From Lama glama (taxonomy: Eukaryota), in the NCBI GenBank assembly GCA_028534125.1, contig CM052816.1:77130001-77194000 (forward strand): DNA of 64,000 nt, given 5' to 3'. Positions 1 to 11,809 of the stretch are shown here, in pieces. The notes beneath the pieces were generated by a model. That model saw only the letters and a program-made list of their open reading frames with translations, was not told the origin of the DNA and did not search any database. The stretch's first letter is position 1. Every line of letters begins with the position of its first letter. Both the position numbers and the translations under genes were made by a program.

Positions 1-119
1 CTCATTTTAAGAATCATTTCATTTAGCACATATTTTTATGGCGTATATTTTTCAAAGAAATCTTTATAAACCAAAAAAAATCGCAAAATTATTCCCCTAT
101 ACTGATCTTTAATAAACTA

Positions 120-249
120 GTTTGTATTGTTTGTTTTCTGAGAGGGAGGTAATTAGGTTTCTTCATTGATTTCCACTTGGAGGAGGTACTGGGGATTGAA
201 CCTGGGACTTCTTGGGTGCTGAGCGTGCACTCTACCCCTTGAGCTACCT
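120..249 (-). mobile_element. Vic-1-type tRNA-derived SINE (camelid)
   Basis: Reverse complement reads GGTAGCTCAAGGGGTAGAGTGCACGCTCAGCACCCAAGAAGTCCCAGGTTCAATCCCCAGTACCTCC...AAACCTAATTACCTCCC. It has tRNA A/B boxes and the same tail as the copy at 27155. Confidence 0.8.
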
Positions 250-690
250 GTTAATAAATTTGTAATTCTAGTTTTATATTTAAGTTTTTAATACACCAGA
301 AGTTGGCTTTTATGTGTGATATGAAGGGTTGAATTTTATGTTTGAAATATGGGTAATTTGTTTTCCCCATACCTATATCTTTAAAAAAATTATATTTCCC
401 CTGATTCTCTGCAATGTCAGCTCTAGAAAAAACCAGTCAGATCTCTAGGCACATATCAACCTAATTCTGGGCTCTATATGCTGCTGCACTGGTCCATCTC
501 TGTTTCCCACACTATCTTATTACCTTAGCTCTAGAATAATTTTAGTGTCTGGGAGATAAGTTCTCTTATATGATTCTTCTTTGTGAGTGTCTTGTCTGTT
601 CTTGGTCCCTTGCTCTTTCGTGTACATTTTGGAATCAGCTTGCCAAGTGTCTCCAAATCTCAGGGGAATTTTTATTGGAATAATACTGAC
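250..690 (-). mobile_element. old L1 (L1M-type) ORF2 fragment
   Basis: Degenerate antisense L1 motifs (ctgggctctat..., ttttggaatcagcttg..., tttttattggaat). Confidence 0.6.
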
Positions 691-1122
691 TTGACAAAGT
701 CACATATCTTCAAGGGTTTGTGCACTTGAAGAGTGCACTTGGCCACAGTTTGCAGCCAAATAGATCATTTGTACAGCGTAACACTTCATTAGATCACTGG
801 GGCATATCAGAGGCTGGGAGTTGGCTCCATACAGAGGTACGAGAAACCAGTGGTTTTCCCCCACCTCCAATGTGTATCACTATCTGATAACAACGTGGAA
901 GAAGATCCTGTGCTTGCATTGCCACAGATAGAGTTCTCACTAAAAAATAGCTGCTCCCTTAAGTCAGAAGATCTCATGGGTTGCAATCACTGTTAGATGT
1001 GTGAGTCCATCCCGGTAAACCAATGAAGACTGGATTTCTGGGTGTGTCTAACACAAAACATTGCAACTAGACCTGGAAACAAATGCTATATAATATGGGA
1101 GTCAAAAAAGCCTTTTACTTCT

Positions 1123-3270
1123 TTTTTTTTTAACATTTTTTTTCATTCAGTTATAATCATTTTACAATGTTGTGTCAAATTCCACTGTAGAGCACGATTT
1201 TTCAGTTATGCATGAACATACGTATATTCATTGTCACTTTTTTTTTTCACTGTGAGCTGCCATAAGATCTTGTATATATTTCCCTGTGCTATACCGTATA
1301 ATCTTGTTTATCTATTCTATATATACCTCTCAGTATCTACAAATTTTTGAAATCCTCTGCCCCTTCCCACCCCCTGCCCTCTTAGCAACCACAAGTTTGT
1401 ATTCTATGCCTATGAGTCTGTTTCTGTTTTATATTTATATTCTTTTTTTTTTTTTAGATTCCACATGTGAGCAATCTCATATGGTATTTTTCTTTCTCTT
1501 TCTGGCTTACTTCACTTAGAATGGCATTCTCCAGGAACATACATGTTGCTGCAAATGGCATTATGTTGTCGGGTTTTATGGCTGAGTAGTATTCCATTGT
1601 ATAAATATACCACCTCTTCTTTATCCAGTCATCTGTCGATGGGCATTTAGGCTGTTTCCATGTCTTGGCTATTGTAAACAGTGCTGCTATGAACATTGGG
1701 GTGCAGGTGTCATTTTGAAGTAGGGTTCCTTCTGGATATATGNNNNNNNNNNNNNNNNNNNNNNNNNNNNNNNNNNNNNNNNNNNNNNNNNNNNNNNNNN
1801 NNNNNNNNNNNNNNNNNNNNNNNNNNNNNNNNNNNNNNNNNNNNNNNNNNNNNNNNNNNNNNNNNNNNNNNNNNNNNNNNNNNNNNNNNNNNNNNNNNNN
1901 NNNNNNNNNNNNNNNNNNNNNNNNNNNNNNNNNNNNNNNNNNNNNNNNNNNNNNNNNNNNNNNNNNNNNNNNNNNNNNNNNNNNNNNNNNNNNNNNNNNN
2001 NNNNNNNNNNNNNNNNNNNNNNNNNNNNNNNNNNNNNNNNNNNNNNNNNNNNNNNNNNNNNNNNNNNNNNNNNNNNNNNNNNNNNNNNNNNNNNNNNNNN
2101 NNNNNNNNNNNNNNNNNNNNNNNNNNNNNNNNNNNNNNNNNNNNNNNNNNNNNNNNNNNNNNNNNNNNNNNNNNNNNNNNNNNNNNNNNNNNNNNNNNNN
2201 NNNNNNNNNNNNNNNNNNNNNNNNNNNNNNNNNNNNNNNNNNCATTCCGTAGGTTGTCTTTTTGTTTTACTTATGGTTTCCTTTGCTGTGCAGAAGCTTG
2301 TAAGTTTCATTAGGTCCCATTTGTTTATTCTTGCTTTTATTTCTATTGCTTGAGTAGACTGTTCTAGGAGAACATTTTTGAGATGTATGTCAGATAATGT
2401 TTTGCCTATATTTTCCTCTAGGGGGTTTATTGTATCTTGTCTTATGTTTAAGACCTTGATCCATTTTGAGTTGATTTTTGTGTATGGTGTAAGGGAGTGT
2501 TCTAGCTTCATTGATTTACATGCTGCTGTCCAGTTTTCCCAACACCAATTGCTGAAGAGACTGTCTTTATTCCATTGTATATTCTTGCCTCCTTTGTCAA
2601 AGATTACTTGACAGTAAGTTTGTGGGTTCATTTCTGGGCTCTCTATTCTGTTCCATTGGTCCATATGTCTGTTTTTATATCAATACCATGCTGTTTTGAT
2701 TACTGTAACTCTATAGTATTGTCTGAATTCTGGGGGAGTTATTCCTCCAGCCTCTTTCTTTTTCTTCAGTAATGTTTTGTCAATTCTGTCTTTTGTGGTT
2801 CCATATAAATTTTATTATGATTTGTTCTAGTTCTGTGAAATATGTTCTGGGTAATTGGATAGGGATTGCATTAAATCTGTAGATTGCCTTGGGCAGTGTG
2901 ACCATTTTAACAATATTGAATCTTCCAATCCAGGAGCATGGGATATCTTTCCATTTTTAAAAGTCTTCTTTAATTTCTTTCATCAATGGCTTATAGTTCT
3001 CCATGTATAAGTCTTTCACCTCCTTGGTTAGATTTATTCCTAGGTATTTTATTACTATGGGTGCTATTTTAATGTGGATTGTTTCTTTAACTTTCTTTTT
3101 CTATTGATTCATCGTTAGTGTAAAGAAATGCAGCTGATTTTTGAATGTTAATCTTGTAACCTGCTGCCTTGCTGAATTCTTCGATTATTTCTAGTAGTTT
3201 TTGTGTGGACCTTTTACGGTTTTTTATATTTGGTATCATGTCATCTGCATATAGTGACACTTTTATCTCT
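1123..3270 (-). mobile_element. young 5'-truncated LINE-1 (ORF2 3' part plus 3'UTR) with 21-bp TSD
   Basis: ORF2 peptides [13 protein letters not shown]...WCWENW and TCTPMFIAALFTIAKTWKQPKCPS; ORF2 stop at 1454-1456; poly-T at ~1123; TSD tcaaaaaagccttttacttct at 1102-1122 and 3271-3291. Confidence 0.95.
1743..2242. other. assembly gap (500 N) inside L1 ORF2
   Basis: Run of N. Confidence 1.
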
Positions 3271-3732
3271 TCAAAAAAGCCTTTTACTTCTATCCATGTT
3301 TTCCCATCTATAAAAAATTTGTAAGGATTTTTCATTAAGAACTATTGATCCTTTCAGATGAGAGTGTGTGATTATGCAATATGTCTGCAGCATGAGGATT
3401 AAAAATTAGGAGGAGTGTGATACTCTGCTCTTAGATCAAATTAGTATTCATAATCTTTTCCTGCAGTTTAATTAGGGTTAAATTTAAAAAGCCACATGAA
3501 GCCTAGAGATACAAAACATATGAAACGTGTGAAGCCATTTTCTCCACCACTGGTGCCTGAGCGCATCCTCATTTATCTTGGTCAGTGAAGCTCAGGGAAG
3601 CGTTGCACTTTGGCTTCAGCTTTAAAAGTCTTGTATGTTGATGTGTGTCCCATGTCTCCTAAAGATAAACTGCTGTTTCACTGGCATTACTCAGCGTGTC
3701 AAGGCTTTCTGGTAAATTCTTCAGGCACTCAC

Positions 3733-3763
3733 CTTGCGGGAAAAGGCATCAGTTTGCCACTTC
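3733..3763 (-). other. candidate 31-nt spliced exon
   Basis: Minus strand: cccatttcttag|GAAGTGGCAAACTGATGCCTTTTCCCGCAAG|gtgagt, with a near-consensus donor. Confidence 0.5.
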
Positions 3764-4469
3764 CTAAGAAATGGGCTGTTCATAATGTTGTGTTTGTTGT
3801 AATTGGATTCTTGTGAGGCACTGATTGAAGACAGTAGTGGCCCAGAGTAGTGAAAATACTTAGAGACGGACTCTTAAGAGAAGCTCCAAAAGCTAAGACT
3901 TGTTTTCATTTGGCTATAGTTTCCATTCAGTTGACTAGTCATATGTGACTCAATCATATTAATATGATTTAGAAAAAGCACCACTTTCCAAATTGTCTCG
4001 GTGTTTAATCCAAAATTACATAACAGTTCCTAGTTGTTTGGGGGCATAGAGTGGCCAGGCAGGATCCCTGCACTCAAGAAACTTACAAACTAACAAATGA
4101 AACAAGAGAAAGCCTTACACTGCGGTAAGACTGTTTAGGAAAGTTCATTGAATTAACCCGAGATGGCGCTGTGGTATGGAAAAAGACAGTAATGGCAAGT
4201 GAAAAACAAAAAAACCCAACCCTGATCGTTAGTTTGCTAATTGCATTAATTGAGCATCCATTTGAGGTAGATCAAAAAACTGTATACATCCTGTTTCTGC
4301 TGCCAGTGTGGGGATATCCAAAGAAATTGCCACTAAGCGTTGCTATGCGGGCACAATTTGCTATGCTAATCAATGAAGCCTGCTTCATTCAGGTGGGAAG
4401 GAAAACCACTCCTGGTTTATTAGATTGCAAAGAAACTCAAGATTATTCCTTTAAATTTTTGAATAATTA

Positions 4470-4670
4470 AACACTAGTTATGTCACCCACCAGGCCTTAT
4501 CTTAAGTACTTTATATGGTTTAATCTCGTTTAATCTTCACCCAAACCCTATGAAATCAGTACTTGAATTATCCTCATTGTATAGAGAACTGAGGCGGGGC
4601 TTAAGTGACTGAAGCAACATAGAACCCAGGCATTTGGCTTCACACTCCATGTTCACAGTATCCACACTCT
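4470..4670 (-). mobile_element. MIR SINE
   Basis: Antisense MIR core (tttaatcttcac...aaccctatga...gaactgaggc...gaacccagg). Confidence 0.7.
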
Positions 4671-4985
4671 CCTGACCCTCTAAAAGGTGCGATAATTGCA
4701 ACAGCTTTTGCCCAGAAGCTTAGAAGCATCCTTGAGTGTCTGTTGGCCTCAGAGCTTTATCCATCTGAGATGGAAAGGGTGGCACCAACTTCCGGGCAGG
4801 CCATGTCTTTTACCTGGCTCTCCTGATGAGCTGCAGTTTCAGCATGCATGGCAAGTATTTCCCCGTGGGACTGGATTCTGGAAGCAGGGGAAATCTCATC
4901 TCACTTTCCTGAACCCATGGTGGGAGGCACAGCAACATCATAAAATTGCCAGAATGTCCCTTGACTGAACTGTACCTACGTTTAC

Positions 4986-5057
4986 CTGTAGAATCTGTCT
5001 TTGATGAGCCTCTGTTCCCTTCAGGACTTCTAGACGCCATCCGGAGGTAAATCTGAC
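4986..5057 (-). other. candidate 72-nt spliced exon containing an ATG at 5040
   Basis: Minus strand: ctttccatttccttgttttcttttcctttgcag|GTCAG...CTACAG|gtaaac, a very strong polypyrimidine acceptor and a canonical donor. Confidence 0.6.
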
Positions 5058-5399
5058 CTGCAAAGGAAAAGAAAACAAGGAAATGGAAAGATAATAAGAG
5101 AAATAGTAGCTCTTTGTCACTGAATCAAATCTATAACCTAAGACAGAATTTGTAACTTAAGGCTGACTCAGCTTCTCCTTGAAGCTGCACAGTCACAGCC
5201 GCGATTAGGAAAAACGTGCACGTTTAGAGAACCAAACTTTATGACAATTGCTTTAAGGCCAGATTCTCTCATTAGAAGCTAATAAACGCTTTCCATCGTG
5301 TGCAAGAAAGGTTTTATACAAATTCCATTTCCCAGAACTCTGTGAATGAAATGGAAACCCCCTTTCTGGGATGTGGAAAAAGCAAAAATCCCCTAAAAC

Positions 5400-5625
5400 C
5401 TCCCAGCTCACTGTCTCCCGAGTCCCCTCTGGTGTTGCTAGGTGGCGCCGTAGGCTCGGTCACCGGCCTTCCCCTGCTCTTGGGTGACCGCTCCCTGTGC
5501 AGGACAGGGAGCAGAGGAAGGAAGAAGCCTTCGGGTCTGCCGGTCTGCTGGTCTCCTCGAGTGAGTCAGGATCTCAGATCCGCAGACAGGAGGTGAGATC
5601 CACTTGCCACGGCTCCGGCCCCTGT
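5400..5625. promoter_or_regulatory. CpG-enriched promoter-like patch, possibly bidirectional
   Basis: About 13 CpGs in ~220 bp against a CpG-depleted background; RFX half-site-like gttgctagg at ~5434; plus donors at 5560/5561 (CGA|gtgagt) and 5592/5593 (GAG|gtgaga); minus donor ACA|gtgagc near 5411. Confidence 0.45.
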
Positions 5626-7944
5626 CACTTTAGGAACTGTTTCTTTTCCCCACGTGCCCCTTCATAGTTGATCACAGAGGGTAGCGAGGGGGCTCCTTGG
5701 CCCTGCATTTGTTTCTCCTTAAGGAAGATTCTGGAGGATCCTAAATATTGTCTTCCTCTCTGTCTGAATCTCCCAAAAGTTGTTCAGGGATTTGGGGAGG
5801 AAGGATGAAGCTCATCTTGAAGAATGGAAGGAAAAGACAACAATTCAAAGGTTTGTACCGGCTCCCTCCCTATCTCCTGAGCAAAGTCATGGTGTGAGCA
5901 ATTCCTGACCCTTGTTGTCCCCTGAGAGCCTCGGTGTTTCCTGGACTGGGGCCACCGTTCTCCATTGCTGTGGGTCTCAGAGCCAGCTTGTTGCTGAGGA
6001 ACAGAGGGGAGCACAGGTCCAGGAAGCCCTGGATGGGGTGGAGGACACCAAAGGATCTTTGGACTTAAAAGAGAGTCAGTCCCCTTTCCCCACCCTGAAA
6101 CTCCTAAGTAACTGACTGACTCCTTTGCCTGAAAGCTCAAAGACAGTGCTTAAAACACAAATGTGATGGGAAGGTTTTAACTGGAAAAGTTGGTGGAAGA
6201 ATTTACTGCAAAATGGCACCCCTCAGAGACAACCCCAGTGAGAACCAGTCATGGGCAGGGTGGGGAGGGTGGGCTGTGCAGAGGCAAGAGGGGAGAGCTA
6301 GAACGGAGACCAGCGTCACTCATTTGGCCTGTTTACGGGACCACAGCCTCCTCTCCACCTGCGCTGTTTGGAACTTGGGAGTCCGATGCAGATCTGTGAT
6401 TGACAAAGCTGGGTGCTCACAGGTTTCCAGGAGAACCTGGGTTTCAAACACTGTCCCAGTATCTCCATAAGCACACACATACCAGTGTGCACATGCATCC
6501 TGGTTTTGGTTCAGACACATTCCTGCCCCACCCACCCTCCCCTGAGATCTGCTCCATGCCTAGGGTACCTGACGGTGGTCACCGGTCCTTGTTGGGGATG
6601 CGAGGCTGGAAGGGGGCCTCAGCGAGGTGAAAGTTCATCTGCACATGTTCCAGGAAAGACGTCTAATAAGTGGTCAAACTTGCATAAGCATCTGAGACAC
6701 AAATAAGGATGCCAGTAACAGAGGATATATTTCAGAAAATAGAAGGAGAAAATACTTTATAAAGTAATATATAAAAACTAAAAACAGGAACAAAAATTAA
6801 GTTTGAAAAATTATGTATTAAATATATTCACAAGATCTCTCTGTATTCACAAGAAGGTAGAGAAACATGAAAAATCCCCAAACCCCAAATTTTTAGAGGG
6901 AGGAAAGCTGAGATAAAGATGTTCATCTGTGAATTTTCGTGACTACACTGTGAGTTTACTTGTTCTGAAACTGCCTTAAAGACATTTATTTCGGCAATTA
7001 TGGGAGCTCTTATGACGCCATGTTCATCCTGATACCTCTGTCTATTTTAACCTTGAAGAATCTATCAGCCCTTCCTGCATTTATCTCTGTCACAGCAGTG
7101 ATGCTTCTTTTGGCAGTAAACATCAGTAAACTTAAGTGCCATGAGTCATACTGTCAGTTTTTAATTAAATCATGGTCTGACTGGAGTTTGATTTATTTAG
7201 GCCTGAATTAATGTAGACCCTGGTCCACATAAATTTACATAGCTTATTTAACAAGCTCATGGTTGTATAAATTGTAGACTCCTTGAGAGTTTATAACAAT
7301 ATAGGTTGTAAAAGCACTCTCTTATCAAGCAAAGAGTGGTAGAATATAATTTCTAAGGGGGGTGTTAGCTTTCTTCCTAAACCGAGCATTGTAAAGGAAA
7401 TCTGTTGTGTTCCTAAGTAAAGACATTTATGAGATCATTTAAAGATAATCGCCCCATATGTTTTCACTCAGAGTTTTAGTGATATAGCAAAGCCTTATTA
7501 AGAACTAGTGGTGCTGGGTTTTTTTTTTTCTTTTCCCGATTGGTTGCAGATGGTTGTAAATCCATACAGTGAGCATCTAGTGGAAAACTCATCCGCATCA
7601 ATTAAATATAGTAAATATTGCTTTAAACTGCAGAAATGTGAGTCATATGGATAGTCACTTTCCTAGAATTCTGATGAAAATGCATCATGGTTAATTAATG
7701 TTCCCAAGAAAGGGTCAGAGCTCACAGGAAATGAATGGGAAGGTGGTAGGAAGAAAGGGTGGGGAGCACAGACGTTCTGGCTCAGGGCTGTTGGTGAGAT
7801 TCTTATTGCTGCAGCCAGAAACTGACAGCAGCCTGCAGGAGGAGAGAAATCGTGCTTGCACATTTGCACGCAGATCTGACCAGACTGGAGATGCAGGGGT
7901 GCAGACAGAGGTGGGGAAGGACCGAGAGGTGGGAAGAAAGAGAA

Positions 7945-8145
7945 TGCTATACATAAAATAGATAAGCAACAAAGATTTACTGTATAGCACAGGGAATTAT
8001 ACCCAATGTCCTATAATAACTTATAATGGAATGTAATCTGCAAAAAAAAAACCCTGAATCACTATCCTATACACCTGAAACTAGCACAATATTGTAAATC
8101 AACAACACTTCATGATAATTTAAAAAATGGTATTTCAAAAAAACA
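7945..8145 (+). mobile_element. L1 3'UTR terminal fragment
   Basis: tactgtatagcacagggaa...tatacacctgaaacta..acaatattgtaaatcaac followed by an A-rich tail. Confidence 0.85.
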
Positions 8146-9657
8146 ATATCTATATTATTTATTTTTAGTTGAAAAATAAAGAAAGATGCAGTTAGAGGGG
8201 CTGGGCGGGCTGCAGGGAGAATGGCGGAGGGAATAGCGATGGGTGAGACCCCCTCCACTGCTGATCTGGTCTGGGCCTTACTGTCAAGTTGCTTTTGTGG
8301 GTTTGGGGTTTCATAGCACTTCTGAGCCTGAAGTATGATTGGGTCCTCCACCACTGGCAATTCCGCACTCATGACTCAGTTGAATTTGCGGCCTGTAGCA
8401 GGTCATCCCATAACCCTCAGAAGGGAAAATGAGTCAGACACATCTTCTGCAAAAAGCAAAATGAAGTTTGCTTTGTGGGGAGAAAGCAGGGCGCTGGCCG
8501 TGATTGTGCACAGAAGTGGAGTGAGTCTGTTTGCCTGCCTGCAGCCAGCGACCTGGAGGCTGGGCTGGACCAGTGGGAGGATTGGGGGACCAGGCCTGCG
8601 TGGAGGGGCTCCACCTGGGAGCTGTTCTCTCCTAGTTTACCCTTCAGACTGGGCTACAGCCCCACCTTTCCATGCAAACCGTCAGGATGCAAAGTCCAAT
8701 ACAGGGTTATTTTCTTCTGATGTATGATTTGATGGACATGAAACATTTACAAAGGTCTAAAAATCAAAGCAAATTTCATTACATGCTTCATGAACTTATT
8801 TGTCAGAAAGAAATCAGAATTCTTCCGGGAAATCTAGAAAGGGTGGGTGTCATACTTCTAGCAATTCCTGAAAACCCTCATGCATTATTAATTTTCCTGG
8901 AGGGAGGGACTGTGAGGGCCTTTGTTGGTCTGCAACACCAGAAACATAGCTGTATTTGTCTCAAGGAGGTATACTCCACTTCTTTAAGTTCATTCTAATG
9001 TGCCTGATTGTACTTTTGGTGGGGGCTTGGGGTGTGGGGAGGGGATGACTATTACATAATCTGATAAAATGTCAGGTATTGCAAGTCTGTAAAGCTTGGG
9101 GCATTTGGGGCTGACCCCAAGGAATCGGGAAGCGTTAGCAGAATCGTGCCCTACTCTGTGCCTGGCAAGGACACTGACAACCCATCATGGATGCAATGAG
9201 AAGAAAAGTTGGGTTTCAGTGAGAATTTAAGAACCATCTGACAGTCCATTAGCAAACAATGGAAGGTCCCACTTGCCTGTGATCCTGGGTTTATGAAAAT
9301 GACAGTTTTACTGAATGGAAATAAGAAGCCAAGAAAACTTGGGTGCTGGTTACAATGCTTCATGAGAGACAAGACTTGTGTTCAAAACCCAGCTCCACAA
9401 CTAACTAGCTGTTTGTGGAGAAATATGTTATATCTTTGGATCTCAGTTCCCCAGGAAGATTGGGCTTGTTTATCAGGACAAGCTCCCCAGCTCTAAACTA
9501 TCTTCCAAGTCTTCTAAGTTTCTTTTGTTGTATCTTGGATATAGTCTAACAAGGAAATGGAAGGCCAGTAACTGATATTTTCCACATCTCCCAATGTCAC
9601 TTATAGAATATGGAATATATATTCATTTCTGTTATATAATGTAGTATCCATTTATAG

Positions 9658-9671
9658 AATATGTATGTATG

Positions 9672-9716
<45 letters not shown>
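9658..9716. repeat. (TATG)n/(TA)n microsatellite
   Basis: Seen directly. Confidence 0.95.
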
Positions 9717-9718
<2 letters not shown>

Positions 9719-10380
9719 TTTGAACAGGAAAATTATAGTAACCTTTCTAATGATAAGATCTTGGTCCTGACTTTTTTGAATGCACGTGAGAAATAAAACC
9801 ATCCTTGACCCTCTTAGGTACATATTAAGCCTTCCTAGTTGAGCTGACAGTAATCTAACAGGAAAATGACTATAATACACACTTAACTTCGATCAGTACA
9901 GAACAAAAGGAAATCGTATGAGGACAAATAAGGGTAAAGATAGTTGAGGAATGGATGGAGTTAGACCGGCTATGAGCTGAGGGGATGTCCTGGGCGGCAG
10001 TTCAGCCCTTTCCTGCTGATACCTCAGGGATAGCCTCTTCTTTTCAGTTTCATCCAGGGATGGAGAATGGGGAAGGATGAGCTTCTCTGGCTTGGCTGTG
10101 GTTTACACATATGTGCTCCAGCGCCTAGAAATCCCCTAAACAGCTGCTGCCGTCTCTGTCCTGGATGGAGGGAGACACTCTTCTTTTTGTGTTTTTGGAT
10201 CCCAACCAGTCTCCCCTTTCCTGAAGTTAATATTCAATACTTAGAATGGGTCTTTACCCAAGGACTCTGTAAAGTCTTATCGTTCTACAGGACAAGGGAG
10301 GGGATGCTGAAATCAGACAGTTTGCCCTCTGGTAGCACCCTAGGTACAAAGTCCAGCACCTAGGCCTGTGTCTGTGCAAG

Positions 10381-10446
10381 TGTGTGAGTGCATGTGTGCA
10401 TCTGTGTGTGTGTGTATGTGTGTATGTGTGTGTATGTGTGTGTGTA
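10381..10446. repeat. imperfect (TG)n microsatellite
   Basis: Seen directly. Confidence 0.9.
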
Positions 10447-10488
10447 TTGAGGGGTGAAGGGAGCTTCCTGGGCCTCAGGAGGGTATCT

Positions 10489-10886
10489 CTGATGGTTAAT
10501 TTTATGTGTTGACCTGGAGGGTATTTCTGGATGAGATTAGTATTTAAATCTGTAAACTTGAGTAAGCAGATTGCTGTCTATAATGTGTGTGTAGGGGGGG
10601 GTGGGCCTTATCCAATAAGGTGAAGGCCTAAACAAAACAAAAGGCCCATTTTCTTGAACAAGAGGGAATTTTCCAGCAGACTGCCTCCGGATTTCATGTG
10701 CATCATTGGCTCCCCTGGGCCTGGAGCCTGCCTGCCCACATCACAGATCGGGGTCTCACCAGCCTCTGAAACTGTGTGAACCAATATAAACCTCTTTGTA
10801 TTTATACACACGCACACGTGCACACACGCACATGTGCACACATACACATGCACCTGTAGGCTCTGTCTCCCTGGAGAGCCCTGACA
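10489..10886 (+). mobile_element. MLT2-family (ERVL) solo LTR
   Basis: Start tgatggttaattttatgtgt; internal gagtaagcagattgc; end ctgtctccctggagagccctgac. Confidence 0.8.
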
Positions 10887-10944
10887 GTGTCCCTCATGTA
10901 CTTCCCTCGTTCCTGACTCTTTCTGTTCTCTGAAGTCCGCATCC

Positions 10945-11335
10945 CAGTGTCTCTGAGCGGTGATGCTGGCTCCCTGGGAAACAGAGTTTAGGGCACCGAA
11001 TGTTTACTAGGCAGTGCCCTGGGAGTCAGCATCTGTGAAAGGGAGGGGACGGGAGTAGGACTGGGGTGAAGGGGAAATCGGACTTCAGACTTCCCCAGGA
11101 GCAGCCTCCACCTACCCCATGGGGGGCTCTGGAGCAAAAGTGGCCTGTCAGCGTTGTCCCACACGGGCTGAAATGCCAACCTCCACGCGCCCACCTCAGT
11201 CAGTCACCGAGTGTGGGCAAGCCCTTGGACCTGCAGCTCTCTGTGGCTGAGGCAGACCCACGGGGCTGGGCTGAAGGCTGTTCACTGACGGCAGTCCCAA
11301 GAGCTGGGGCAGCGAGTCCTCTCTAGAAGGAGCAG
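10945..11335 (-). mobile_element. LTR16-like ERVL LTR
   Basis: Antisense motifs ctgggaaacagag...tgtttactaggcagtgccctggga.tcagcatctgtg. Confidence 0.5.
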
Positions 11336-11399
11336 GCAGGTCCCTGCACCTGTGCAAGAGGCTGCTTTTTGTCCACCAGTAGACATTTTCCCCCTTTTA

Positions 11400-11800
11400 A
11401 ATGACTGATTTTATCAGGACACTAAGCTGCCCAGAATAAAGACAGCATTTTCCAGCTTCTCTTGCCACCGATTTTGGCTCTATGATTCTCTTTTGGCCAA
11501 TGGATGTTAGCAGGTGTGTGTGAGTGCAGCTGCCACAGTGTGTCCTTCAGTGGAGGAGCAGGTGCTTCTCTTCTCTCCTTTCTCCTTCCTATTGACTGAA
11601 AGACAGATGCAATGGCTGGGGCTCCAGCCGCCACATTGACAGTGATATTACCTTGGAAATGGAGATTGCACGTGGCAGACCAGCAGGGAAAAGGAGCTTG
11701 CTTCCTTGCCCCCATGGATTAGTTACCAACCTTGCTCTGGCCACCTCCAGACTTCTTAATCATGACAAAGAGAAAGAATCTTCTTTCTTTTTTAAGTCAT
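11400..11800 (+). mobile_element. MLT1 (MaLR) LTR
   Basis: ggccaatggatgttagcag; tgcaatggctggggctccagc.gcca; cctccagacttct. Confidence 0.7.
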
Positions 11801-11809
11801 TCTTTTAAA

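Noticed and set aside
1454..2664. Long ORFs of 170-325 aa in the ORF track
   Set aside because: Inflated by the N gap; the real parts are L1 ORF2, not a host gene
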